NCBI GenBank assembly: GCA_000002445.1
Contig: CH464491.1
Coordinates: 3,104,001-3,168,000, forward strand
Length of the DNA: 64,000 nucleotides
Reading direction: 5' to 3'
DNA from: Trypanosoma brucei
Taxonomy: Eukaryota
The notes beneath the pieces were generated by a model. That model made no database searches. It had not been told where the DNA came from and was given only the letters and a program-made list of their open reading frames with translations. Position 1 is the stretch's first letter, and each line of letters begins with the position of its first letter. Position numbers and translations under genes: made by a program. Positions 10,464 to 21,093 of the stretch are shown here, one piece after another.

Positions 10464-11513
10464 ATGGTAGCGAAGCTGCAGCACAATCCAGCTCCCACGA
10501 CACTTAACTTCTATGAGAAAAGCTTCCAACAGCTTAGTGACGTCCAACAGCGGCAAACCGGCCTTCTCATTGGAGCCGCCGTGGGAGATGCGGCGGCACG
10601 CGCCCTCGATGGCTACACGGCCGAGGAGGTTGCCGCCGTCGCAGCTGAGAGTGGGTCATTGCAGGATGAGGACGAAGATCCCGTAGTATTCGCTTCTGTT
10701 ACCCCACGTGAGCATAAGTCTGGTTTGCTTCGTCACCACTCTTACACGTTTTACCTCTTTTCACAGCTACTGCGGGTCATGGCTACTTCCCGTGGTGACT
10801 TCCCCGTACAATACGTGAAAAACGAATGGGTGGCCACCGCCAGGGCTCATCCTGATTGCTTTGTCCGCGAGCACGCTTCACTGCTGCATGTTTTGTGCAT
10901 CACCATGCAACTACCGGTCATTTACCCATGGGCTGACGACAGCACGTTGCGTGAATACGCGAGTGACTTTTTGGAGTTCCTCACGGAAACGCCGGCGGAA
11001 CGGGCAGTCGCCTCACGCGAAGACGTGTATGCCTACACTAATAGTGTCTTGGGCGTTGCTCTTCGCTGTCTGCAAAGTAATCCTGATCCGTATCGGAATG
11101 CCGCATTTATGGCCGCTCCCGGGACCGCTCATGTCTTTCCCGACGACCTGGCATTGTATTGCCCACCGGCTCTGGTGGGATCTTCACACTCTCGTACCGA
11201 AGAATTAAGTGAAGCAGACAGCAAAACAGTTCCCTTGTTTCCTGCGCGGCTCCTCGAGAGCGATGTACGCGTCGTGCGTGAATGTTTAGTTGTGGCGCGA
11301 GGGGCAGCATCGTTCGCCGAGGGCATTAAAGCAGCCATTCACCTCGGTGGACCCGTCTGTCAACGTAGCCTTATTGTAGGTGCACTACTTGGAGCACGAA
11401 TGGGAGTCCGCCGCATTCCCATAAGCTGGTTAAGTGCGACCTACGACCATGTCCCCCTCGTCACACTTGCGTTGCAGGTTGCACAGTGGAGTTGGAATCC
11501 ACCGCACCACTGA
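10464..11513 (+). CDS. ADP-ribosylglycohydrolase (ARH)-family-like protein, probably non-catalytic
   Basis: The N-terminal LLIGAAVGDAAARALDG matches the ARH family GxAxGDALG motif. The C-terminal IHLGGPVCQRSLIVGALLGARMGVRRIPISWL parallels the ARH GGDTDT..AG..G..IP..W region, but the metal-binding DTD is replaced by PVC. Confidence 0.55.
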   Translation: MVAKLQHNPAPTTLNFYEKSFQQLSDVQQRQTGLLIGAAVGDAAARALDGYTAEEVAAVAAESGSLQDEDEDPVVFASVTPREHKSGLLRHHSYTFYLFSQLLRVMATSRGDFPVQYVKNEWVATARAHPDCFVREHASLLHVLCITMQLPVIYPWADDSTLREYASDFLEFLTETPAERAVASREDVYAYTNSVLGVALRCLQSNPDPYRNAAFMAAPGTAHVFPDDLALYCPPALVGSSHSRTEELSEADSKTVPLFPARLLESDVRVVRECLVVARGAASFAEGIKAAIHLGGPVCQRSLIVGALLGARMGVRRIPISWLSATYDHVPLVTLALQVAQWSWNPPHH

Positions 11514-11969
11514 AAGGGTGGGATGGGACACCGCGTCTCGAGGGTTAGGGAAAGGGGGGAAATGGAAATAAGAGGAACTGACCTTGACCTTCTCCCTTGT
11601 CCGTTACGGCTCTGCTTGCCATTGGGCTGCATTGTCTACTCAAAATGTGAGTATGAGCAGTACAGGTTAATTATTTATGCTTTAGGTAAGTTATTTTCGT
11701 GTGGGGGTGGATGCACTCCTTTTTTTTCTTTTGTCTTTTTATAATTCTTATAGTAAACTCGTGTCGTGGACACTCGGGTGCTCCTCTTCCTGATTGTAGT
11801 AGAGGGAAGAAGTCCGCAGAAACTCAAAGTAGGACTCGGGGCCCTGACCACCGCATTGGTGTAGCTCCTCAGGAGTGCAATTAGGGGATTATAGAGTAAG
11901 GGAAGGGTCCATCAGACAGAAGAGCAACTGCTGTGAATTAAAGGAAAAGAAGGGTCTAGTTGCACAACA

Positions 11970-13439
11970 ATGGGCACCGTGTCTCCGGCACGGCGTGTTG
12001 CGTCACCAGGCAAGGGAAAGCGGTCACCTTCGCGGGGGGAAACTCCAAGTGAAGGCAGAACACGACGTGCGGGGTCAAGTCCTTCCTCACGGCCGGGAAT
12101 GCAAACGGCATCGCAGCGTGCGGCAAGGAAAAAGGAGGTCCGGCGACTCCGTGATGCAGAGCTTCTTCTTGATGAAGCGCCGCTGAGCATGGTGGGAGAA
12201 CGCGCACAGGATGCACTTGAGGCAATGCTACGTGCTTTGGACATACGCCGCAACGCGTCGGCAACGCCCAAGAAAATGCAGCCGGTATGGCATCACGTAA
12301 AAGCGCTTGTTGTCACTGCTAATCGAGAGGGCCTTCGCCGCGCCTATGCCGCATTTCCGGCAGAGGAAGGTCACTACTTTTTCGGGAAGGCTCTGTCCAC
12401 ACTTGAGTATTCTGCAAGCACCGTCAACACAGCAGCGGACGGTGGTGAGTTTGCGGAGTGTCCGCTGCTTCTCAGTCACCTAATGGAGGCGACGCTCAAC
12501 AACATTGCTTTTCAACAATATATCGCGCATGAGCCTCCGGAGGCCATTTTGAAAACCCTCCAGCGGGCACTGAAGGTGCAGCACCATCAAGCGTTTAGAA
12601 CCTTGACATTGTATAACATGGCTGTTGCTTTTCTAGCCGCGCGACGGTATGAAGATGCTACAGAATTTGTTGCACGTTGCAGTCAAGTGGCCGAAGTGTG
12701 CTTGGAACTTGAAGTTTCGCTGACACGGGAGATATCATCACTCTACAAGGAATATCACACAATGGTCGCTACCCACGCCATTATGTGTCATCATTTACTT
12801 GCAGGGCTAGCAGCGTGGAGTGGAGAAAGTGACATGGAGGTGTACCACGCTCAGCTTGCTCTGTGCTGCGCAACGAAGTTCCTTGCAGAGGGTAGCGCGC
12901 TCGTCTCGCGCTGTCAGCAACGACTTACTGCCGCCAAAAGCGGAAACTCGGCAGCTGTGATTGCACAGAGTGACGAACCGCCACGTATGCAAATGATGAC
13001 CGATGACCTCGAGATTCTTGCAAGTCCACTTTTTTTACAGTTTTTACTGGAGACGCAGCGGATGCAGCGAATTGTTTTCCCACCGCTGAAGGGGTTACAA
13101 AGGCGTAAAACGGTAGTGAAACGTGGACAGAGATTAGGATCCGGTAAGTCATCGCCCGAAGTCGAGGCCGAGGACACCGGCCTCACCGGCAGCGCCCCGC
13201 ATCAACCAGCGGTCGACGGTAACGGAGAAGAAGAAAAAGCGGGTACCCACGCTTCCATCAGTTATTCAAGATCTCCGTCGCAGGGGGTCGGTGCAACCAC
13301 CGACGTACGGATTGTATGCTCCCCCGTCGCATGTATTGCCACTGGTTGTGACATGCGTACCGGAGACGGCGTACGAGTGTTACAAAGGTCTTCGCAAGGA
13401 CGTAAGGGGGCTGATGTGCTCTTTGGGTCGACTGCATGA
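11970..13439 (+). CDS. Hypothetical protein (489 aa) with Arg/Ser/Pro-rich N-terminus; its 3' end overlaps the next ORF in another frame
   Basis: Long ORF in the + polycistron; no recognised domain. The final ~100 aa are low-complexity. It overlaps 13291..16086 (see findings). Confidence 0.5.
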   Translation: MGTVSPARRVASPGKGKRSPSRGETPSEGRTRRAGSSPSSRPGMQTASQRAARKKEVRRLRDAELLLDEAPLSMVGERAQDALEAMLRALDIRRNASATPKKMQPVWHHVKALVVTANREGLRRAYAAFPAEEGHYFFGKALSTLEYSASTVNTAADGGEFAECPLLLSHLMEATLNNIAFQQYIAHEPPEAILKTLQRALKVQHHQAFRTLTLYNMAVAFLAARRYEDATEFVARCSQVAEVCLELEVSLTREISSLYKEYHTMVATHAIMCHHLLAGLAAWSGESDMEVYHAQLALCCATKFLAEGSALVSRCQQRLTAAKSGNSAAVIAQSDEPPRMQMMTDDLEILASPLFLQFLLETQRMQRIVFPPLKGLQRRKTVVKRGQRLGSGKSSPEVEAEDTGLTGSAPHQPAVDGNGEEEKAGTHASISYSRSPSQGVGATTDVRIVCSPVACIATGCDMRTGDGVRVLQRSSQGRKGADVLFGSTA

Positions 13440-13458
13440 ACTGAATGCTGCAGATGAA

Positions 13459-16086
13459 ATGATTGAACCGGGAACGTTGGAATCGGGATGTGGACGATCG
13501 CTCTGGAAGCTGAACGACAATACCGCGGAGAGTGCGCCGCCGCCGGGAAGGTACCTCCGAATAACTGATAGGAGACTACGCATGTTGTCCGCCCTTGTGC
13601 GCGACCTTCGCTTCGAAAAACTTCTTGAGGCCGCAATTCTGGCACAAAGCTACTGGCGGGGAATCTTGTCACGCCGGGAGAATAAACACAGGCTGCCGAT
13701 GCTACAGGAACGAATGCGGCAGAGGGAAGCCGTAGAGCTTATACAACATGCGTACCGTAATCATCTTGCCACTCGCGGACCCATCAAAGAGAAGCACGAG
13801 CTTCGGGCTCACCGTCTCTTGGTACAGCGTCTAGTGGTAATTCAACGGCACCTTCGCGGTAGGCAGAGTGTAGTGGAGGAGCGAAACCGTGGCCTAGGTG
13901 TAATTGTGCAATTAAATGAAGCCATTTTAGAGGCCCGACGCCGGGTTGCGGCATCCATTGTCATACAATCTTCCTGGCGCATGTGTGCTGTCCGCATCCG
14001 CATCCTGAGGCTGCTCGCCGCCACAATTCGGGTTCAGTCCGTGTGGCGAGGTCACGTGGGTCGGGTGGAAGCACGTGAGAGGCGGGTCCGTGAGCGGCTG
14101 CGAAAGCAGGACCGATTGGCGGTGCTCCTCCGTCATGTTTATCCGGTCCAAAAGCGGTGGAGAGGTGTGCTGGCGATACGAAAGGCGAAAGAATACGTGG
14201 AAGGTTTGAAGAAAAATGTCGTGGCGTATTTAGAAGAACAAGAGAGGATAGTAGATGCCATGTGGGGTAGATTCAAGTGCGTGGCAAATGTAGAGTTGTC
14301 CGTGTTGAAGATATTGGATGTGCTGCGTGCTTACCGTTCGCGAGAGGAATGTGCTAAAATGTATCCTTCGATGCTCACGCGACGTCGCTTTTTGTTACGC
14401 ATAGTATGGAAGAAACGCGCAACTCATATTGCTGGGATCATGCGTGAGCAGCAACTAACGAAATGGATGTTGCAGCGGCGCCGCGAGGAGGTGGCGGACG
14501 CTGTTCTGCTCCTTCAGTGCGCCGTGCGCCGATGGTTTGCCCAAAGGAAAAGTATGGCCCTGCGCCGGGCGTTAGACTGGACGCATGTATGTGCCCGCAA
14601 GATACAATCCATGTACAAACGTCAAATGGGCCGCCGTATGTTCTTAGAAGCCAAGATGGCTACCAAACTGAGGGAGGAGCAACGTATGATCTCTCAACTG
14701 AGGCACTACTGCGCCTCCAAGATACAGGCAACATGGCGTATGTTCACCGTGTGGCATGAGAATAAGGACTACCTTCATTTCTTGCACCATGGTCGTCATA
14801 AATATGCAACAACTATCAGGAATGCTTGGATCACCTACAGAGAGCGGCAACAGAAGAAAGTAATCATCGGGATGCGTCTTATGGAGCACCAGCAAAAACA
14901 GAGCGCTCAAGAGCAGCTTTTGTCAGTTTTGCGTATCCAAGCCATGGTCCGCATGTTCCTCGTTCGATCCCGAATGCTGCGAGATGGTGTGCAACTGCGA
15001 CCGACGCTGGCCAAGCTGCATCGCTCCGCGAGAAGTATTCAGATGTCCTGGCGTCGACACGCTGCCTATGAGTACGTTTCGCAACTCCGCTTTTCGCGTG
15101 CGTACTACGACCAACACAAGGTGAACATGGAGTCCCTGCACACGTACGCAACCATGATCCAATCTCTGGTGCGGGCAAAGGTCATCAACCCGTGGCTGGT
15201 AGCGGTACGGGAGCTGGAGCTCGAGCAAGCTAGCACAGAAGAGAAAGAAAGAAGACGGGAGAAAATGTTAAAAACATATGCTCTATTTACAAAAGAAAAT
15301 ATGTTCCCCGGCGCAGGTAACAGACTTTCCGCATGCGGCCCCGAAGCCCTTGTGGCGGGAGGAAGAACGTCACTCGATACCGGCTCTTTTGTGACTCCCC
15401 TCCGGAACACAGGTACGAGTTATATCTCTGAGGGTCCATGTTCATTCAGTGTGAAGCTATGTGAAACGTGCGTATTGCCAACTCGGTCAGTGAGTCGCTC
15501 TTGTCTGTCGGGCACGTCGCAATCCGCAGATATTTGCGCGCAGAAGGGTGACGAGCACCAATCGTTGGACACTACTAGCTTACACCAAGTCGATGGCCAG
15601 AGATCACCCTCCTCGGACCAATTAGACGTAGTCAAGTCTTGCACCGCAAACGCTGTTCACCCGCCTTTGCGCAACATGGACACGAGGTCAACTACTATTC
15701 TCGGTTCCTTGTCAGCTATCTTTTCAGGACGCCCTGATCTGGAGGGTTCTGCCGATGGACGCAGAACCTCTGCAGGGTTGAGGGGGAGGGAAACTTCGCA
15801 TTCTTCGTGTCCAGCAGGGTCTGAGTTTGCAAGCGTCACAACATCTGAATATTCTTCCTCTCTATGCTATGATCCAGTTGTTCTTGCCGCGGTGGTTGCA
15901 TTAATTCAGCGCTGCGGTCGTGGATTTCTTTCGCGGGCTTCCACACGACGGAGCCTTCAGAAAAGTGATCGGTGGCTGGCCGCCGTTGATATACAGCGGA
16001 TGTGGCGTGGGTTCTGCGCTCGGCAGCTGGTTGAGGTTTACTACGAGTTCTACACGGAAGAGGTGGAGGTAGCCGCAGCCGAGTAA
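13459..16086 (+). CDS. IQ-motif-rich protein (10 or more IQ-type calmodulin-binding repeats; ASPM/abnormal-spindle-like architecture). Start is uncertain: the frame is open from 13291
   Basis: Repeated IQxxxRG motifs (ILAQSYWRGILSRR, LIQHAYRNHLATRG, VIQRHLRGRQS, VIQSSWRMCAVRIR, RVQSVWRGHVGRVE, PVQKRWRGVLAIRK, LLQCAVRRWFAQRK, KIQSMYKRQMGRRM, KIQATWRMF, RIQAMVRMFLVRSR, SIQMSWRRHAAY, DIQRMWRGFCARQ). Met 13459 is the first ATG downstream of the upstream ORF's stop; Met 13414 and Met 13291 are alternatives. Confidence 0.7.
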   Translation: MIEPGTLESGCGRSLWKLNDNTAESAPPPGRYLRITDRRLRMLSALVRDLRFEKLLEAAILAQSYWRGILSRRENKHRLPMLQERMRQREAVELIQHAYRNHLATRGPIKEKHELRAHRLLVQRLVVIQRHLRGRQSVVEERNRGLGVIVQLNEAILEARRRVAASIVIQSSWRMCAVRIRILRLLAATIRVQSVWRGHVGRVEARERRVRERLRKQDRLAVLLRHVYPVQKRWRGVLAIRKAKEYVEGLKKNVVAYLEEQERIVDAMWGRFKCVANVELSVLKILDVLRAYRSREECAKMYPSMLTRRRFLLRIVWKKRATHIAGIMREQQLTKWMLQRRREEVADAVLLLQCAVRRWFAQRKSMALRRALDWTHVCARKIQSMYKRQMGRRMFLEAKMATKLREEQRMISQLRHYCASKIQATWRMFTVWHENKDYLHFLHHGRHKYATTIRNAWITYRERQQKKVIIGMRLMEHQQKQSAQEQLLSVLRIQAMVRMFLVRSRMLRDGVQLRPTLAKLHRSARSIQMSWRRHAAYEYVSQLRFSRAYYDQHKVNMESLHTYATMIQSLVRAKVINPWLVAVRELELEQASTEEKERRREKMLKTYALFTKENMFPGAGNRLSACGPEALVAGGRTSLDTGSFVTPLRNTGTSYISEGPCSFSVKLCETCVLPTRSVSRSCLSGTSQSADICAQKGDEHQSLDTTSLHQVDGQRSPSSDQLDVVKSCTANAVHPPLRNMDTRSTTILGSLSAIFSGRPDLEGSADGRRTSAGLRGRETSHSSCPAGSEFASVTTSEYSSSLCYDPVVLAAVVALIQRCGRGFLSRASTRRSLQKSDRWLAAVDIQRMWRGFCARQLVEVYYEFYTEEVEVAAAE

Positions 16087-16727
16087 GCTTCATGAGGTCA
16101 TCACGGAAGAATAGCAGCTGCCGACGTACATAGGAAACACACCTTTCCCACCCGCTCATTCACATGCGCTGGTCACGCGTGGACTTTTGTTTAAACTTGT
16201 CTTTCTGCTGCTGGAAAGAGTGAGATGTACCCAATAAAGATGAAATGCCGTCATGGTTATCACCGCTACGGCAAGGACCGGGCGTGTAGATATATTGTAC
16301 ATGTTTCTATTAGTTACTTTTCATGTTCTACTCCTCAATCGTCCCAACATACACCCCTCTTTTTCTACTTTAAATTCCCTCCCCTGGGGGTGTGCACACA
16401 GGGCCACAACAACGCTGTATTTCCGATCTCCTTCTTACCTTCTTCATTCATTCCCTTTACTGCTACCTCCTTCTAACACCGTGGCCAGCATATCCCGAGG
16501 CTTTATATATAGGTATATACGCCGGCGTCCGGGAAGATAAGTGATTTTTTTTAAAAAAAGGAAAAAAGAAGGGGTTTCTGCTGGAGCGGTAGCAGGGACA
16601 ATCGTGAAGATAAAAGAGAAAACAGAACTTAATTGGGAAGTCGCTCTTGTGGGGAACGAAAGAGAGGAGAAAAGAGGGAAGGCGCCCGAGGGGAAAGAGC
16701 CAGAAAACTATTGGAGAGGAAGGCATC

Positions 16728-19364
16728 ATGCAACACGACCGTGACCGGTACGACAGCGAGGAAGATGATGAGGAATCTCTCCCTTTCGATGGTATTGAGA
16801 AGGCTTCTGTGCTTCAGCAGTGCCGCGTGTTCAACGACGTGCAGCTCGATATCTCAGCCTGCCTGCGCTGTTTGACGGAGTGCTTATACCTCATTTATAC
16901 GGGAACTACATTTACAGAAGCAGAAGCCACGGAACTTTTCTTTATGTCAACAAAGCTGCTTCAGTCAAATAGATCAAGGTTGCGACGGTTGCACTACGTG
17001 CTGATGAAGGAGCTCAGCCCATTTGTCGAGCAGAGCTTTATTGCATCCAACTCACTTATGGGTGACACCAAAAGCAACAATGAGTCTAATAAGCGAAATG
17101 GTATGCGTACCCTCTGCAAGGTAATGAATCCTTCACTTTACCCTTTGTTGGACCGTACCATCGTGGAGTCCCTCACGTCGCGGAGCGAGAAGGTCCTATT
17201 AGCCTCTCTCATTACAGGCTTCCACGTGGCATTGAGCCACCCCGATTTAGCGCGCAAGTGGAGTACGCAGCTGAACGAAGCCATTCGAGTGCTGGGAAAC
17301 ACGCAATACCTGACTGTCGCGATCATGCATATTATCCGCAAGAGCGACCGCGTTACTGTTAAGCGGTTCATTGAGCAGGTAAGAAATGGGGTGGTTCGGT
17401 CTCCCCTTGCTCTCTCTTTCCTCGTGAAGTTGACAACCGACGTTCTGCAGGAGGGGTTCGAGGAAGATCCCGAGGTCAAAAAATACATTGCCACTATGAG
17501 GCATAGCAGCAGTGAAATTGTGGTGTTTGACACGCTGAGGTGTATGTGTGTGGCCGGCAACGCGTCGCCGCAGCAATTTGCGTTAGTTGCCTCGGTCGCG
17601 CAGATATATTTGAACGCGAAAACCAGTGTATCGCGTTTCTGCGCCATTCGCGTTCTGCACGATCTCGCCGCAATATACCCTGACGCGGTAACACCCATCA
17701 GTTCCGATATTGAGCAGCTCATAATGGATCAAAACCGCTTCACCGCCTCTTTTGCAATGCTAACATTATTGAAAACTGGCACGGAAGCATCTGTTGAGCG
17801 GCTTATCGGTGCGCTTGGTAGTGTGGGACAACTGCGAGAATTACCCGATGAATTCAAGGTGGCTATTACACTCGAACTGCGGAGCGTGAGTGCGAGATTT
17901 CCACAAAGGTATAACTTGTTCCTCGGCTTCCTTGTCAAGCTGCTAAGTGATGATGGCAGCAGCACCTTTAAGGAAAGCATCGTTGAGGTGATTACGAGCG
18001 TAGCAAAAGCGAATGATGGCGCAAGGGAGGCCGCGCTCAAACACCTTGTCGATTATGTCGAAGACTGCGCCCACGTTAGCATTCTTCACCGAGTGCATAT
18101 GTACCTGGGCGATGAAGTTCCACGGTCCGAAAACCCAGCCCTTTTCATCCGCTATATTAACAACCATGCTGCTCTGGAGTTCCCGGAGGTGCGGGCCGCC
18201 GCCGTCAGCACATTCGCGAGAATCGCTGCCCGCGTTCCATCGCTGCGCCGATCTATTCTCCCGTTGTTGAAGCACAAATGTAGCGACGAGGATGACGAGG
18301 TGCGAGACCGCGCCATTATGTACACAAAAGTGTTCTTGCTGGGCGACGAAGACGTGATTCATTCAATGGTGACGGAGGTTTCCAATACCGTGGCCGCGAG
18401 GCGAAAGTTGATAACCCCCATGACCCCCACGCCACTTCTGGAGCCAGTCAAGCGAAGGATGTGCCAAGCGGACCACTCGACGGTGGCGGTTGAAACAGGA
18501 ATTGGTAAAGAAGCGGCTCACAGTAGCAGTGGAGGCGGTTCAGTTCCGGGCAACCAGTACTCCTCGGCAATATCGGAGGGACGTGCAAAACTACTGAAAA
18601 TCAAGCAGTTGCAGGAGCTGGGTGAACCTCGTGCGTCAAGTGAGCCGGTGCCCCTATCAGATCCCGACAGCGAGTACTTTGTAACACTCATTAAGCACGT
18701 ATATGTCGCCCATGTGGTGTTGCAATTTAGGGTCAAAAACACCATGGATAGTGTGGTCTTCCGTCGCGTTACGGTGGAGATGGACACGGAAGAGTTGGAT
18801 GCAGAGCCGCTCTATGCAATACCCATCAGCGCCATCGAGCCTGGAGCTACAGAGTATGCTTATGCGGTTCTACAATACAGCGAAGGGAGGTACCCAAGTG
18901 GGACGCTGGGCTGCCGTATCAAGTTCGCTTTACAGGAGCGTGATGGCAGTAGTGTCGCTGGTGAAGGTGAAGAAGAGTACCCACTTGAGGATTTCGAAGT
19001 CAACGTGAGTGACTTCATTACGCCAATCGATCTTGGTGAATGTTTTCAACAGAAGTGGGAGGAACTTCGGCAAGAGGAAACATGTGGGACGTATGCCTTG
19101 AGCTCCATGCGCAACCTCACTGCTGCCGCGCACGAGCTGGTAGAATTCTTCGGCATGCATGTAGTTGGGGGGAAAGTGGATAAAATTACAGCGGCATCCC
19201 ATACACTTCTTATGTCGGGAAGTATGGTAGATGGCGCAAGTTCGCTCGTGATGATTAACGCTCGTCTGTTCATTGCCACAGACAACACTGTGGCCCTGCA
19301 ACTAACTTTGAGGGGTGGTAGTTCCGAATTGCGTGAATATCTCTCTGGTGCGCTGCTGTCGTAG
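16728..19364 (+). CDS. COPG: Coatomer subunit gamma (COPI gamma)
   Basis: ORF 16647..19364; the internal Met at 16728 gives MQHDRDRYDSEEDDEE..FDGIEKASVLQQCRVFND...RCLTECLYLIYTGTTFTEAEATELFFMSTKLLQSNRSRLRRLHYVLMKELSP, which is colinear with the conserved gamma-COP N-terminus (..[58 protein letters not shown]). The 879-aa length suits gamma-COP with trunk and appendage domains. Confidence 0.85.
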   Translation: MQHDRDRYDSEEDDEESLPFDGIEKASVLQQCRVFNDVQLDISACLRCLTECLYLIYTGTTFTEAEATELFFMSTKLLQSNRSRLRRLHYVLMKELSPFVEQSFIASNSLMGDTKSNNESNKRNGMRTLCKVMNPSLYPLLDRTIVESLTSRSEKVLLASLITGFHVALSHPDLARKWSTQLNEAIRVLGNTQYLTVAIMHIIRKSDRVTVKRFIEQVRNGVVRSPLALSFLVKLTTDVLQEGFEEDPEVKKYIATMRHSSSEIVVFDTLRCMCVAGNASPQQFALVASVAQIYLNAKTSVSRFCAIRVLHDLAAIYPDAVTPISSDIEQLIMDQNRFTASFAMLTLLKTGTEASVERLIGALGSVGQLRELPDEFKVAITLELRSVSARFPQRYNLFLGFLVKLLSDDGSSTFKESIVEVITSVAKANDGAREAALKHLVDYVEDCAHVSILHRVHMYLGDEVPRSENPALFIRYINNHAALEFPEVRAAAVSTFARIAARVPSLRRSILPLLKHKCSDEDDEVRDRAIMYTKVFLLGDEDVIHSMVTEVSNTVAARRKLITPMTPTPLLEPVKRRMCQADHSTVAVETGIGKEAAHSSSGGGSVPGNQYSSAISEGRAKLLKIKQLQELGEPRASSEPVPLSDPDSEYFVTLIKHVYVAHVVLQFRVKNTMDSVVFRRVTVEMDTEELDAEPLYAIPISAIEPGATEYAYAVLQYSEGRYPSGTLGCRIKFALQERDGSSVAGEGEEEYPLEDFEVNVSDFITPIDLGECFQQKWEELRQEETCGTYALSSMRNLTAAAHELVEFFGMHVVGGKVDKITAASHTLLMSGSMVDGASSLVMINARLFIATDNTVALQLTLRGGSSELREYLSGALLS

Positions 19365-20547
19365 GCGTGTTTTCGCAATCGACGACTAACTGTGCTTAAT
19401 TGTGCCGCAGTTTTCAGCGAACAGAACACTACCTTCGTTTTACGTGTTTGCATACACACAAGCCGCGTAGGCACACACCGACGCCAAGCCTTCGTTTTCG
19501 TGTAGGCATGTATTTTTGGAGGTTTGTCTTTCGACACTCTTTGCATTCCATCTGTGATTGTGGAGAGATGAGATAGTGCATGAGGAACCGTCAAGAAGAG
19601 AGGATAAATTGGGGATGGTGTGTGACGGATTGTCATTTGCATTGAGGCACGAAAACTGGGGAGGGAAACATGCCAGGGATGCGAGAAAGTCACCAGGTGG
19701 CGCGGTTCTCCCAGTGTTTCTTCTTTCCCTCCGTGCTCTTTTTCTGTGTGCATTTCCAAACGTGCAGACCATTCCCTTCTACCTCGTTACTTCCTTCATT
19801 GCATTTGGTATGGTGTTGTTGCCGTGCCGGTGCGCGGGGCTTCGTGTCTTTTGTATTCCTTACTCTATATTGCTGTGCCGGTCGGTCGCCAGTAACCTAG
19901 GATGTTGCTGGCACTTTTTCGCTTGCTTGTGGCACAGTGGCCTGTGGGAGAGGGCGAGCTATTTAAACTCGTCCATAAGAAGAGGGAGAAAAAAATAACA
20001 GAAAGGAAAGAAAATAAAAAGGGTCCGCTGAGGAATTGAAAAGAGGTGACTGAACATACGAAATTACGCGACACAAGGAGAGGAAAGGGGTAATACGAAG
20101 AAAAACGAAACGAGATGCAAAAGAAATATATATATACTTATTTTAGAGGAGGTCTTAGTGCTTTTAATACCTCTGCTGTTAATGGAAGGATGGCGGAGGC
20201 AACCAAACAGGCAGCAGGATTATGATGTGCGGCAGTTTGGTGTGTGTGCTAAGAATTTGTCAGAATCGTCCTGCATCATCCGTTTGTGAGTGTGTTTGTG
20301 CGTACGCATTCGTGCTCGAAGGACGTATGGGGTAATTCCCTTGTTTCTTTCTACCATTGTGCCAATAAAAATATATCTCGCCTCCTCAAATTTTCCTCGT
20401 CTTCCCTCCACATGTGCGTTTCCCCCCAGTACTCACTGGAGCGCACTCAATCATCGTGATAAACATACGTGGACATACACGTCAGGCGCTGCACTGAGGG
20501 TATTTCGCATAACGTAGAATTAGAGTGGCCAACTTCAGAAGCTGTCG

Positions 20548-21093
20548 ATGGATAGTGGGACCAAAAGGGAATTCGGTCGCAACGTGACGAATGTGGACGA
20601 CTTTAAGGGTGCCAAGTTAACGCCTTCAAAGATCCACCACCAGAAGTTTGAGGGCAGTGACAAACGCCATGGAGTCAGGTTGGCCGACGAAGGCAAGTGG
20701 TGTATTCACAAACGGAGCCGGGTGGAGCCTGTCGCCGCCGGGCCTTCACGTGAGAGGAGCGTGGAGGAGACAAAATCCACAACGACGTGCTGCTCCTTAC
20801 CTCTGCCAAGTCAGGAAACAAACCTCTGCAGCATTCGTGGCGACAGCAACACCTGCAGTAGCGATGACAGCAGCATTGAAAGGTACTTTGACGAAAGTTG
20901 CGAGGCTATCGAAGCTCCCACAGCTCCGGCGCCGCGACCTCCGTCACCGACATGGAATAATGCCTTGCGTACCGTATCGGGGACAGCTGCTGCCGTATTG
21001 CAGGACCTAAAAAATGCGGCATCCCTGCAAACTGACCAGAGCAGCAGTAGCGAGGTGCTGCCATCACCACCAGTAATTCCACTTATCTTGTAA
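20548..21093 (+). CDS. Hypothetical Ser-rich protein (181 aa)
   Basis: ORF preceded by a pyrimidine tract at ~20340-20440. Composition is partly low-complexity; no domain recognised. Confidence 0.3.
   Translation: MDSGTKREFGRNVTNVDDFKGAKLTPSKIHHQKFEGSDKRHGVRLADEGKWCIHKRSRVEPVAAGPSRERSVEETKSTTTCCSLPLPSQETNLCSIRGDSNTCSSDDSSIERYFDESCEAIEAPTAPAPRPPSPTWNNALRTVSGTAAAVLQDLKNAASLQTDQSSSSEVLPSPPVIPLIL

Noticed and set aside
17138-18362. Minus-strand ORFs (194, 109, 139 aa) inside the coatomer gamma gene, and 19046..19759 - (237 aa) overlapping its 3' end
   Set aside because: Antisense to a well-supported CDS with no recognisable motifs. Kinetoplastid polycistrons do not interleave opposite-strand genes.
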